A stretch of 64,000 nt of DNA from Octopus sinensis. Its lineage: Eukaryota. This document shows positions 1 through 12,955 of this stretch, piece by piece. The notes beneath the pieces are model-generated. The model had not been told where the DNA came from. It made no database searches and was given only the letters and a program-made list of their open reading frames with translations. The position numbers and the translations under genes were made by a program. The DNA lies in the NCBI RefSeq assembly GCF_006345805.1, contig NC_042999.1, forward strand, positions 145,328,001-145,392,000. Direction: 5' to 3'. Within the stretch, counting starts at the first letter, position 1; each line of letters begins with the position of its first letter.

Positions 1-83
1 TTCTAGATATTAGATTAGATTTGCAATTAGATAAATTTAAATCCTACAGCGTTTCAAAATGCCGCTCCGTATTATAATAATGC

Positions 84-823
84 ATGAAGATCCAGTATAG
101 CCAAACTACTTCTAGCAATAATAGAACACGTAGGACTAGAACTAGGAAAGTTATGTGGTTTAATCCGGCATTTAACATTGCCGTAAAAACAAATATAGGT
201 AGGGAATTCTTAAAACTAGTTTCTAAACATTTTCAAACTAGCCATAAGTTCTATAGAATTTTTAATAGGAGAACGCTGAAGGTTAGCTATTCTTGTTGTA
301 AAATCTTGGCCTCTTTAATTAATCAACACCAGACGAAAATCATTAGAAGCAACAACAGTGCCAAATTTAACCAGAAGAATTGCAATTTCAAAGATCAGGG
401 TTGCTGTCCGTTAGGAGGAAAATGTCTTGAGAAAGGAATAGTTTATTGAGCTAAAGTATATATAGATAGCTCACAAGAATACAGAACATACACAAGAGCA
501 TCGGAAAATTCCTTCAAGACTAGGTTTTATTTCCACTGAAATTCTTTTCGATATCCCGATAACAGGACAGCGAAAACATGTCTGGCAGTTGAAGGAAATT
601 GCCCTTCCTTTCAATATCAGCTGGGCGGGCAATTTTGAAGAAAGCAGCACCATATAAACATGGAGCATATAGACGACCAGTGAGATGCAATCTGAGTCTC
701 ACTGAGAAACTTTTCGTCCTGTTCCAGCATAAATATGTACCGAACCAAAGACGAGAGCTTTCAAATTCCTGCAGGCACTTTATGATGGTTAAAATGTCAA
801 CTGAAAAAATACCGTATGGGTAA
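84..823 (+). mobile_element. Penelope-like retroelement 3' remnant (RT thumb/linker plus GIY-YIG endonuclease), with stops and a frameshift
   Basis: ORF 84-449 RKVMWFNPAFNIAVKTNIGREFLKLVSKHF...KVSYSC...CNFKDQGCCPLGGKCLEKGIVY continues past a stop as AKVYIDSSQEYRTY...SENSFKTRFYFH. ORF 599-823 gives ILKKAAPY...RCNLSLTEKL...RRELSNSCRH. These match C-terminal-EN PLE motifs. Confidence 0.85.
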
Positions 824-1184
824 TTTTTCGACTTTTGCATTTGAATTTAGCTTTTACACCGAAAATATCGACATATTACAATGCTGGTACATAATTCGCC
901 TTCATATTTTACATTCGACGTCCAAGAAAGGCTTCGACTGTTTTGCAAATATAAATTAAAATTTTGCCAGGTTAAATTTTTACTCATTTTTGCTCATTTT
1001 CATATTTAAATGTAAAAATTTAAATTTATATTTTAAAAAATTTATATTTTTAAAATTTATATTGCACTTTATATGATATAATTTATTTATAATTTTCCTA
1101 TTTTGATATTCAATACACCAAACAGTTTTTAATATATTTGTATGCGTATATACATTATGGTGTATATATGTATCTCGATGTGGA

Positions 1185-1185
<1 letters not shown>

Positions 1186-1265
<80 letters not shown>

Positions 1266-1290
1266 CTCTCTCTCTCTCTCTCTCTCTGTA
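1186..1290. repeat. (TATC)n then (TC)n microsatellite
   Basis: Directly visible; source of the YLSIYLSI ORFs. Confidence 0.95.
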
Positions 1291-2550
1291 TATTTATATA
1301 TATATATATCTACGTATATATTTATTTGTATATTTGTATGCGTGTCTACATGTGTTTTACCTATTGAATATATGTATGTATTTATGTAGATATGCAAGTC
1401 TGTTTTATATGCGCGTTTGCAAGCTTTCAGAAGTAACTAACATTTCTTAGATACTGTTTGGGAATGACAACTTCCAAATCATTTCTCTCCTTCTCTCTCT
1501 CTCTCTCACTCTCTCTCTCTCTCTACGTCTATCTGTTTTTCGCTTTCTCTTTCTATTTTATCTATCTCTTTTTTTCTTTCTCCCACTACCTATTTTCTGA
1601 TTTTCTTTTCCTTTTTGTTACCTTCTTTCCTTTTCTAAATTGCAGCAACTAAATTGTACATTTAGAAATGCGCACGGTGGCGCATTATGTGCGTTCCACC
1701 TGCCTTCGTCTTTTGTTTATTTTCATAAAGCTTCCCGTTATATATATACGTAGATACCTATATGTACATTAGTATATACATATTTTGCTTGTATTGTATG
1801 TATATGTATGTAGGCATGCACCAACGTTTGTATGTTTATTGTATGTATGTATAAGTTTTTTTGGGAATGTGTATATATAAGTAAATGTATATGTATTGTA
1901 ATGATGTCAGTTCATTGTAAGTGAATATTTTTTATTATATACAGACATAAATTTAAATATTTTAATGATGTTAGTCCTTTGAAAGTGAATATTTTTATTA
2001 TAAACGGACATAAATTTGAATTTATTTTACCATTAATTAATTTACACTGAGTATACAGATTTTTTTCCTTCTAACAAAGCGTACTTTTGATTTAAGGTTT
2101 TCTTCGATTTTAAATAATATGATTTTAAATCATAATTCAAATTTTTAATTTCATATATCCGCTTATTGAAAAGGCCGTTAGTTGAAAGGACTAATGAAAC
2201 AAAATAATTTTCAGATGTATATCTATCAATGTAATTGTATATTTATACTTGTAACCTAATTTTTGTTCCATTCTCATCCTACACTATCCGACAAACGGGA
2301 GCTTTTGTGATGTCTTTGCAGCTTTACTAATAAAGCATATATATATTATATATATATATATATATATAATATATATATATATAATATAATTTGAAGGAAT
2401 AAAATCCAAACTTACAAGGAAAAGAATTCAATTTAGAAATACTAAATCAAATTTCACACAATATAATTTAATTGTTCATTTTAAATTGATAAAATGTGTT
2501 TTTTTCCAAATTATACACACACACACACACACAGATATATATATATATAG

Positions 2551-2581
<31 letters not shown>

Positions 2582-2604
2582 TATTATATATATATATATA
2601 TATC

Positions 2605-2863
2605 ACATGACCGACCAGACCATCAGATGTTGCTACACATCGCTGGTCACAATGCATTCGCATTGTTTTAGCCTTCGAACGACACCACCCCGCTGGCTAA
2701 GCGAGCAGGTCAACAGAAGAGTGAGAGAAAGAGTGGCAAAAGAGCCTCGTGGAGCTTTTAAGTGTTTTCGCTCAATAAACACACACAACGCCTGGTCTGG
2801 GAATCGAAACCGCGATCCTACGACTGCGAGTCCGCTGCCCTAACCACTGGGCCATTGCGCCTC
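2605..2863 (-). mobile_element. tRNA-derived SINE
   Basis: Minus-strand head GGAGGCGCAATGGCCCAGTGGTTAGGGCAGCGGACTCGCAG...GGTTTCGATTCCC has A/B-box-like motifs; body is non-tRNA; flanked by microsatellites. Confidence 0.8.
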
Positions 2864-2880
2864 CACACACACACACACAC

Positions 2881-2912
<32 letters not shown>

Positions 2913-3125
2913 CATATGTATGCATGCATATACATATATTTTCGTATATATATGTGTATATCTATCTGCTTGCCTGTCTGTCTGTCTGTCTCTCTTTCTG
3001 TCTCCCCCTCTCTCTCTTTCTGTCTCTCTATCTAGCCATCATGCACAGCATTCTATAATGAATACCTCTATCTCTTTTTCGTGCGCTCATATACCTAATT
3101 GGTAAGCCTTAACAGTTACACAATG

Positions 3126-3215
<90 letters not shown>

Positions 3216-3563
3216 TATATATATATTATATATATATATATATATTATATATATATATAATCCTTACACACACACACACAGCTTCATTTTGTAAAAGTAT
3301 ATCTAGTTAATTAGTACAATTTGGAACTGGAAAATTTCCAATTTTGTACTTTTGTTAAAAAGAAATTAGTGATTTAAAAATTCTACTGCTCGAAATGTAA
3401 ACCAAAAAAGTATAAAAGTATGTTTGTTCCGTTTGATGTTGCATATTTTCAGATTCGTTAATTATCTTTGATTAGTTTTCCTGTGATTTAGCTTTTAAGG
3501 TCTAATGTGTGATGTAATAGAATTCATAATTTACTTTTGAAAATAATGTGCTGTCAGGTATAT

Positions 3564-3810
3564 GTTAGTTAGTTAGTTAGTTAATTTGGCTCAAAAGCAA
3601 ATAGCAAGGCCATGTAGGGGGACATGGAGTTAAGTACAGGGTGGTGTTCATGTAAAGAGTTCAGGCCACTTGAGGCCAAGGGAGGCTTTGAACAAAGCGG
3701 TCGTCGGCATCTTCACCATCTCGTCTGGCAGCTTGTTCCACGGATCCGCAACCCGGACGGCGAAAGAGGTAGAGTGTCGTTTCTTTAGGGTTACCTTCCA
3801 CTTCACCTAT
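3564..3810 (-). mobile_element. CR1-like LINE 3' end
   Basis: Minus strand reads KRHSTSFAVRVADPWNKLPDEMVKMPTTALFKASL...LFT*, then a short 3' UTR and a (TAAC)n tail. Confidence 0.8.
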
Positions 3811-4149
3811 GTTCAGCCTTGATTGAACATTTCAACTGTGTCCATCATGTCTTACTGTAGTTTAAAAATTAGATAATTCAATGTGCTCTTCTTTTTTAAA
3901 CTAGTGAAGCGGGATTTGAGGGAGGTTGGCAGTTACTTCCAGCAAGTCAAGTGATAATATAAAGATTTCTTTTTATGACTCTTGTTCGCGCCTCTTGTGC
4001 TTTTTTATTATTATCTCTTAGCTGAAGTTTGGTGGGTGGGGGAGGCATTGTCTATTACCTTTTCCGAGACCTCCGAGACTGGTGGTAGTAGAGAAATAAG
4101 TATCCCCAAGCCAGAGACTTGGTCAAAATGCTTGCAACAGAGTGAATAT

Positions 4150-4285
4150 TATTACAGACACCAATAGACAAGTAGTGAACTTAAAGAGGGCCAACTAGGT
4201 CACAGTGAAGTTTGAACTCAGAATGCAAAGAACCGGAACCTATACTACAAGGCATGCTGTCTAACGCTCTACCGACTCTGCCAAA
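4150..4285 (-). mobile_element. Degenerate tRNA-derived SINE
   Basis: Reverse complement GCAGAGTCGGTAGAGCGTTAGACAGC...TTCTGAGTTCAAAC resembles the abundant GCAGAATCGTTAGC SINE family in this window. Confidence 0.6.
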
Positions 4286-5992
4286 TTTGCTGCTTATGTA
4301 TGTGTGTGTGTGCGTGCGCGCGCGACAGAAATAGGGAACAGAAAGAGAGAAAGATAGAGTGAGAATGAAAGAGAAAACGAGGGAGAAAGAGAGAGGGAAA
4401 GAGAGAGAGAGAGTGAAAGAGAGAGGGAGTGAGAGAAGTCAGAGAATACTCGCTTGGATCTGCAGGCCAGGGGCTTATTTTCAGTTTCTGTAGTGTCAAT
4501 CGGTTTGCGATAGAAATCTTTGCCGTCCATGGACAACAGTATGCTTATCTTTTTGTCTGTTCATAATCGTGCGCTTTTGCACCGGAGGAAATGAACGCAG
4601 CATTTGAAGCCAAAGAAATATTAATTCAAAATTATCACGAGGTTGTTGTTTAGCTGCAGGTGAATCATGATCGAGCAAACGTATGATTTAAACTATTCCA
4701 AGTATCTGCCACTCCGTCTACTTAGAGATATGTTCGACTCATTATCTGTGTTCTTAAGACGTTTGGCGCAATTTGAGAGGGATCTGACTGTTGCTTCTAA
4801 AAGAACGACTAACCACATGTATGTTTTTTTACGTTGGTTCGTGTTGTTTCTGTTGTGTTTGTTTCCATATCAGTTCTAGTCGTGTATGTCTGTTATAAAA
4901 AGCATTTCAGCTGAGGTCATCCCATCGTTTCGGGGCATCTAGGTATACATTACCCAACGGTTTCTTTATTGAAGACCATACGGTTTGATATGTGGGTTAT
5001 TTGGCTGCTAAAAGTATCTATTTAAACTTAGACTCAGCCTTTGAGAACTAAGTGCTTCGGTCAAGGTGCTGTGCCGATGAAAGAACACGATCTACAAAGC
5101 TTTCACGTAACAACTAATTTATTGATCTCACTTACCTAGCCAAACCGCTTACCTACTCAAAATCTTCAATATTAATGGGTTATTTGGTTATTAAATGAAG
5201 ATTCTATCTTATAATCTTAAAAGTAATGATTTCTAACATCGTCAAAAGACCGGAATTTATCGAAGAAAGTATAATCGATTAAATCAATTCCTTTCCTTAA
5301 TTGCTACTTATTTTATTGATCCTAGAATAATTATTGGTAAGTTCGGTGTACATCTGATTTGAATCCACAACGTAATAAGCTTAATTCTTAGCTAGTTATT
5401 GAATTGGTTATTTAAAGCCGCTGTTTCGAAAAGGTGGCGAGTAGATAATATTAACGCTTGAAAGATTAAAAGGAGACGGCTCACCAAGTTATACTGTAAT
5501 GAAGTTGAAAATGTCCTTAATGCATTCTAGTGTCCCAAAGGTTGCCACTAGTAATTGGAAGAAATGGAATCGAGTGACGCTGTCCAACTGTGTATATTAG
5601 GAATCCATAAATGAGAAATTGGTGCGCAGTCCAGTCTGGGGTAAGTAGAGTACGTTAAAGACGATAGATGTTAAACTAGCTAAAACCCTCATTTTTATAC
5701 TAAGTCCACGACTGGCTCAGGTTCTTGAGGGTGAGGGAGCAGAAATATAGAGCAAATTGACAAAGACAAAAATGTAAATAAGAAATCCGAATGAGGAAGT
5801 ATATGAGTAGGATCCATCATATTGGTGGAAAATTCATCGACAGGAACTGAGAATAATACTTGACAATTATATATGTATATATATATATATATATATAATA
5901 TATATATATCGTTTGTAGAAATACATAAATCCGGAGATCCGAAGAAGTACACTTTAAGATGCAGAGCAGTTAATATGGGGGAGGCCGGTTTA

Positions 5993-6055
5993 TGGGGTTA
6001 CCCTGGGTTTCTCGCTTATAAGGGATTTAGCCTTAAGGCGTGTCTTCAGACCCCA
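5993..6055 (-). ncRNA. Type-I hammerhead ribozyme motif
   Basis: UGGGGU-CUGAAGA-[31 nt, imperfect stem II CGC/GCG]-GAA-ACCC-A-GGGU-A^ACCCCA; 6-bp stem I. Confidence 0.7.
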
Positions 6056-6289
6056 AACACTGCTGGCTTAAGACCTCTTCAAAGTATGGAGGGGGAAATG
6101 CCTCGCTATAAAGGTAAACACTAGGTGATTATCTCCTTTGCTATTGGCCATCGAACACACAAACACACATATATATTTCTCGAACTTGTCAAAATTCTAT
6201 TTGACAAATTCAAGAACCAAACGAAAGCGCTAATAATAATGAATGAATAAAAAGAATTTTATCCAAAATTCTGGCAACCTTTTTTCTGA

Positions 6290-6325
<36 letters not shown>

Positions 6326-6586
6326 CTGTTTTTTTTTTACCTTAAAACTGGAATACACTAATATCCTCGATTGGAGGTTTCCCTCGCTTTTACATCTCTC
6401 TGACTTCTTTTCTGATGACGGTATACTTAGATTATGGAATCTTTACTCAATGTGATAATCCACACGATAGACTATTTCTCTATCTAAATTAAAATATTAT
6501 TTCAAGTGACGCCAAAAATTTGCCTTTTCATTTTTACTTTACCTACATACACAGACACATAAATACATACATACATACATGCATGC

Positions 6587-6657
<71 letters not shown>

Positions 6658-6730
6658 ATGTATATATGTATATATATATATGTGTGTGTATATATATATG
6701 TCTTTTCATGTTATAATAAAATATATATAT

Positions 6731-6890
6731 AGGCGCAGGAGTGGCTGTGTGTAAGAAGCTTGCTTCCCAACCACATGCTTCCGGGTTCAGTCCCACTGCG
6801 TGACACCTTTGGCAAGTGCATTCTTCTATAGCTTTGGACCGACCAAAGCCTTTGAGTGGATTTGGTAGAAGGAAACTTAAAGAAGCCGTC

Positions 6891-6892
<2 letters not shown>
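6731..6892 (+). mobile_element. tRNA-derived SINE, 5' half (GGCGCAGGAGTGGCTGTG family)
   Basis: Same sequence as the fuller copies at 29436-29830 and 32242-32661. Confidence 0.85.
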
Positions 6893-6944
<52 letters not shown>

Positions 6945-6992
6945 TATATACATACATATATACATACATAGATACATACATACATACATACA

Positions 6993-7023
<31 letters not shown>

Positions 7024-7044
7024 GCATATATGGGTATAGGACGT

Positions 7045-7260
7045 CACCAACAGTAAACAACATGAAATACGAAAATAAATGCGTTCAATACGCAAACAAC
7101 GAGAGAAACAATTGGAAAACGGGACAAGTAGCATAGAGAACGACTCTTCATCAGTTGTTGGCTGTCTATCTACTCCTCATTTCGAACATTAAGTGCCAAT
7201 ATGAGTCTTCGAACACAGTTGCCCCCATAAGTACCAAAATAAAATTTGGGATTTATGGAA
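7045..7260. repeat. Interspersed repeat; second copy at about 17875-18060
   Basis: ACATGAAATACGAAAA...CAATACGCAAACAACGAGAGAAAC...CAGTTGC is shared between the two loci. Confidence 0.8.
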
Positions 7261-7419
7261 GGTCAAAGTTGGGAACAAATACAGGACAGTGGAGACATAC
7301 AAGGAAACCGAACGAAAACAATCATGGAGGGTCGTTAGACCAGAACGAGGGTAAAATAGCGAACTCTGGAGAAATATTTTCTTTGAAAAGAGAAAAGAAT
7401 GGAGAGAGAGATAGGATAG

Positions 7420-7590
7420 TCCAATCCTTAGGATAGTCCTGAAAGAAAAGAAAGTTATTCCATTGCTTTGGCCGGTGTTTTGGAAGACTACCGGTCTAAG
7501 CTTCTTGTTGAGTGCAATCCCACCCCATACCATGATTCTCTTTCCTCCCCAACACAGTCATCGGCATGACGGTCACCCCTTCTTCTTCAA
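7420..7590 (-). mobile_element. Tc1-like transposase fragment
   Basis: Minus strand RVWRRRGDRHADDCV followed, in another frame, by MVWGGIALNKKLRPVVFQN. Confidence 0.7.
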
Positions 7591-7608
7591 ACCTTAGCTC
7601 TACATCTG

Positions 7609-7650
<42 letters not shown>

Positions 7651-7838
7651 ATATATACTAGCAATAAAGGGTTTAGCAACGAATTGCCTTACCACATACC
7701 GAATTTAGAATAGCAGTCAAAAAGTTCGCTATTTCTTCTACTAAAAAGGGAGATCTCAGTAAAACAGCAATTGGAAGGCAGACACAAACAGGTAAGAGAG
7801 AATGAATTGACGGCAATCTATCATACAATTTTAAGTTA

Positions 7839-7936
7839 TCTACGGACGTACGTTCGAAATCAAGTTTTTAGGAAAGCATAAGAATTAAATATTAAATAAT
7901 TCTATTACCAAAACCTTCTTTTCTCTTCAGCGTAGA
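7839..7936 (-). ncRNA. Type-I hammerhead motif with a 1-nt core deletion
   Basis: UCUACG-CUGAAGA-GAAA[about 60 nt]UUUC-GA-ACGUACGU-C^CGUAGA; one A of GAAA is missing. Confidence 0.65.
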
Positions 7937-8149
7937 ATACTATAATCATAAATGATTATATATTGAATTTTGAGATACTAGAAGGCACCAACTCAACTCA
8001 GTATCAGAGCGAGCTAGAATCCGCAACTAGTATCACCAATTCAATGTGTGAATGAAAAGATTGTGTCACCAGCCCCTTCCCACCCGCGTGTAGCCAAAAC
8101 ATATATATATATATATGGATGTGTGTGTGTTTGCAAATAAAAACAAAGG

Positions 8150-9080
8150 TAGAATTAAAAATCTGAAGTAGGATAGAAAGATTCTTCAGGTACGCAATTT
8201 TGTGCTTGCTGTTGTTTTGTAGGAGACCTTTGATATTTATCAGAGGAATTGCTGTGATGGTCGGCAATGCTGACCGTCTTGGGTTTATTATTTGCGGCAG
8301 TCTTCTATGTGGGCGTGCATGGCTTAATGTTATTTGTAACCATGTCAGCTGCTGCATTGTCTCTTGTGCAACACTTAAAATCTGCTGTTCTATGATTGCA
8401 GCTCGCACTGCATTTGGATATAGCTTTTTAGAGGTCTTCCCTGAAGGTCTGTATGGGGATACGAGTCCCTCTGGGCATGGTTTTGTCCTATCTTGTTTCT
8501 TAAGTGCTTTTTGATATGAATTCCGTTCTGTCTGAGTTTTGGATGTGCAAAATGTCAGTTCGTCCCCGTCTCCCTATGCCAGCAGACACCTTTTAGATGG
8601 AATTTATAGCTGGCTTGTGCCATTTTTTCCCATATTTATTTCTGCGGTTTTTCTTTTTAACTCTAAACTCTGTTTTATCAGGCTTTTGTTGGTTCTTTTA
8701 CCTATTCTGCTGTTTTGGGAGGTGGTGTCGGGGCTGCTTTTATTAGAAGCTTTCATTTTCATTCTTTTTACAGTTATTTCATCTCTGTGAACATAAATAT
8801 CCTCGTTGATGGTTGTCTTGTTTTTGCTTTCCTTACAATGGAACTGTTTTCTGTACCAGGTGTTTCACTTGAGAATTCATCAACTTGAGAATTCACTAAT
8901 TTGAGAATTCGCCAACTTTTTATTTGCATCACAGTCAGGCAAACCCGTTGCTTTTCATGTCCGATGCAATTAGGTTGTTGGGTGAATCCTTTTCGACTAC
9001 CACTCAAGTTCTGAGAAACAGTTCTATCTCGGTAACCTTCCAGTTTCTCGAGGACATTTTCACTGCTCTACTTACCTTCT
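8150..9080 (-). mobile_element. Degenerate LINE ORF1 end and ORF2 (APE) start, CR1/L2-like
   Basis: Decayed CCCH-like finger (S)YKFHLKGVCWHRETGTN*HFAHPKL, then PLINIKGLLQNNSKHKIAYL resembling an APE N-terminus. Confidence 0.5.
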
Positions 9081-9792
9081 TCTTTGTGGTGAGTGGCTCT
9101 ATGTATGATTTCTTCGTGGGTGCAGAGAGAGAGAGGGAGAGAGAGAGAGAGAGAGAAGGAGAGAGAGAAGGAATGATGGGGACATAAGAGGATAGATGGC
9201 TTGATAAGTTGAGAGAGGGAGGGGAGTAAGTATTCGGAGACAGGAGAGCAAGTAAAAGGTGAGAGAGGAGAGCAAATGGAGGCTAAGAAAGGAGTACAAA
9301 TGAATATATGAGGTGAGAGAAAGTAAGTGAGGTGAAGAAGCTGAGAGGAAAGAGCTGATGGAAGACATAGAGGGGAGAGCAATTGGAGAAGCAGGGAGGA
9401 AGTTTGATGAGGGTAAATTGAGGAGAGTAGAGATTTAGTGAATATTTGAGAGGATAGGGAGGGAAGAGGTAGGTTGGGAGTTGAGTTTGTGAAGAGGAGA
9501 GCGAGTAGGTAGAGGGAAGAAGAGGTGAAGAGATACTCGAAGTACAAAGCAATCCTATTAGAACAGAAATGGAAGGATAAATACATACCCATATGCGTAT
9601 ACACACATATATTTATATATACAGTAGGTTGGGAGAGGGAGGAAAGAGAGACGAAGCGAGGTACTTGAAGTACAGAAACAATCCTTGTAGAGATGGAAGG
9701 ATATCTATATTTTTATGTGTATGCACAACACATACATATACACACATATATACAGAGACAAAGAGAGCAAAGGAAAAGGATACAGAGAAAGA

Positions 9793-9825
<33 letters not shown>

Positions 9826-9984
9826 GTGGAAGGAGAGTATGAAAGGTATTTTAAATGTGTATTAATTGATTTGTTGTTATAGAAATATCTTCGCGGAAGA
9901 TATTTCTTCGAACCGGAATCGTAGAGAACTGAAAATTATATATATATATATATTTCAACACAAGCATTGCTGTTTATATAAGAC

Positions 9985-10105
9985 GTTTGGTTCCCAACCA
10001 CATGGTTCCGGGTTTAATCCCAATGTGCAAGTGTCTTCTACTATAGCCTCGGGCAGACCAAACATTTGTGAGTGGAGTTAGTAGACAGAAACTGAAAGAA
10101 ACCTA
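9985..10105 (+). mobile_element. SINE 5' fragment (same family as 29436-29830)
   Basis: CCAACCACATGGTTCCGGGTT...AAGTGTCTTCTACTATAGCCTCGGGC...GAAACTGAAAGAA. Confidence 0.8.
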
Positions 10106-10534
10106 TCAAATATAAATATATATATATAGATATATATTCTTGTTCCATTTTCTGTATTCTTTATATATAAATATATATATATTCTGATGTATGTATGTAT
10201 GTATGTATGTATGTATGTATGTATGTATGTATGTATGTATGTATGTATGTATGTATGTATGTATGTATGTATGTGTGTGTGTGTGTGTGTATGTATACGT
10301 ATATGTATATGCACATGTATGTAGGCAAATGGATATGAATGTAAACAGATAGACATATAGATGGATAGGTACATAGATAATATGAACAGAAAAGTACACA
10401 TACACACACATATACGCAAATGAAGACTGAAACACATGACTATATACACACACACTTCACTTCACACAAAGACACATATGGGGACGCACATACATACATA
10501 CAGACACAGTACATAGCTACAAAAACCTATACTC

Positions 10535-10580
<46 letters not shown>

Positions 10581-11809
10581 AGACACACTCAGGAGACAGA
10601 GGTACACACACACAAAATATAAACACGAACACCTGAATATGGAGAATACATACAAATATACACACATACATGCATATATACATACGTACAAACACGCACA
10701 CATACATACATGCATACACACACTTACATGCATGCATACATACATACATGCATGCATACATACATGCCTAAGTGCACATACACTAACCCACACACATTCG
10801 CGCAAACAAACAAAAAGAACGCAGCCCAGATAACGGACAGAGTCAAGGACTATTGAAAAGGTTGCTAGACGCAACGAAAATTTTAGGAAAAATAAATAAG
10901 TAAAGGAGTGAAACTAAACCGGTTAAGTAATAAGGCACGGAAAGAGAATGACTCTCCCCAGATACAACAAAATATGTTTCAACACACGAACTCACATAAA
11001 GAATCTTGCAAACGAAATCCAAAAGCGAAGTAAAATAACCTTTGGTCAAGCTAGCAAGACTCTGAGAATCACCGTGTTCTGCTGTCTAAAAATCAAAATT
11101 GCTACTCGACAGCTCCACTTCATTAAAATATGGATCTCCTCCAAACTATACGCGAAATCTGTCAATTCTGCTGTCAAGCGGCTAGGACTCACAGAACATC
11201 AAGCAAGAAAACTGAAACACACGATGTTACAAAACATCAAAAAGAAAGTATACACAGATATCAACCAGTATCCGAAACGAAAGACAGTCCAGCTGCATGA
11301 ACTAAAAAACACCACTACACCACACGAAAGAGAATGATTCATGACAAACATCCAACAAGGATACCGCTGAGTAAACCATGCCCTTAACAAACACCAAAAC
11401 AACAGACTCAAGTGGCTGAAACGGCAACAGCAACGATCCCAACATAGTAAGAATCAATGCAAATATTCAAACAATATCGACGGGATTGTCATGTCGGAAT
11501 GTAAATTACCAGAGTACTTCGGTGCCGGAACAGCGAAAATCAATACCTCCACCGCCAACAACAATAGCAATAATTACGTTTCTGGAATATACGGTGCAGT
11601 ACAGCTAGATATATATGAAATGCATGCTTCAGAGTTACCACCAAAATCCGCTACATATAAGAAAAATTTCTTAAAATTAAGATGGAGGTTAGGACAATAC
11701 AACTACAACAACAACACAAATATACGAAACCAAAACAACAACAATAACAATAGCGATGTTGATGACCACAACAATAGTGGCAATACAATAACAACAATGA
11801 GAACCACAA

Positions 11810-11970
11810 CATAGTAAATCCATGGGATTTCAATCGGGGGAATTAGGAGGTGAGAAATTGGGGCTGGTAAAATCACAGAAATTCTTTGACAGTTACTACC
11901 AACTTTCTCTGGAGGTATGGCAAGGAGCCAAATCCTGCTGTCACAGATATGACCTTCCAGCAGCAACCTC
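11810..11970 (-). mobile_element. Mariner-like (DD37D/maT type) transposase fragment
   Basis: [19 protein letters not shown]...SPNFSPPNSPD*NPMDYYV. Confidence 0.8.
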
Positions 11971-11981
11971 TTTTATATATG

Positions 11982-12049
<68 letters not shown>

Positions 12050-12060
12050 TATATATATAT

Positions 12061-12119
<59 letters not shown>

Positions 12120-12126
12120 GTATATA

Positions 12127-12179
<53 letters not shown>

Positions 12180-12955
12180 TAATTGACTTTGGTAAGAACG
12201 CTGTCCACACTTTCACCAATTTCTAATCAAGGCTGAGATCTATATGTGTTGCTGAAGAGTTAAGTAATGTAGACGAGTGAGTATCTAAGGCACTAGCGGA
12301 AAGCATGAATATTATAGAATCACTCTTCCCTTTCACAAATTTAGCGAAAAACTCGTGACTTATATACAGTACAGTCAACCACCACTCGTGAATGGCTTGA
12401 TAACGTTCTACTGTACTGTTGCTAGTTATTTTAGGTGTCTGTGTTACCACTAGTAGACATAAACTTTCACTTGGCTCTTTCACCAATAACCTAGCGTAAT
12501 ATCCAGGAGGTAACAAGTGGAGGGAAGAAGGGAGGTAGTGAGAGAGAAAGAAAGATAAAGAGAGAAAGAGAGGGAGAGAAAGAGAGAGAGAGAAAGATAG
12601 AAGGAGAAAGAGCGGGAGAGAGACTTGTACTCGGCTGATACTATTTTACCGTTGAATCCACTAAAACAACATGAAATGAAGCGCCTTGGTCAGAGACAAC
12701 ACGCCGTCCGGTCCAGGACTCGGGCCCAAGGCATCATGTTCGTAAGCTCAACAATTTAACCGCTTAAGAAATAAATATTTCATTAAACTAAAGCAATATT
12801 CCAGACGACCAGAGTGGCACAAGTGGAATTCCGATCGAAATAGTTTGAACCGGAATCGAAACTAGTTTTTATTTATCTCTGGTTCTACGATGTCCAGTTC
12901 TTATTCTTATCAATTCTATTCTAGCAGACAATAGGTTTCAAACGATGATCTAATT

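Noticed and set aside
2790-2863. tRNA-like sequences at SINE heads
   Set aside because: They run into SINE bodies and lack a complete cloverleaf, so they are not called as tRNA genes.
4430-4880. Non-repetitive block with several 60-80 aa ORFs
   Set aside because: No recognisable domain or convincing splice-bounded frame.
6405-6480. CTGATGA core-like motif
   Set aside because: No downstream GAAA...NUH or stem I partner found.
7140-7200. Minus-strand CTGATGAAG in a repeat
   Set aside because: Could not build stems for type I, II or III topology.
9883-9910. 12-bp hairpin AGAAATATCTTC-GCG-GAAGATATTTCT
   Set aside because: Short AT-rich local fold-back with no further support.
10948-11337. 129-aa basic ORF, possible retroelement N-terminus
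   Set aside because: No motif I can identify with confidence.
12250-12300. CTGAAGA motif
   Set aside because: Followed by GAGT instead of GAAA, with no stem pairing.
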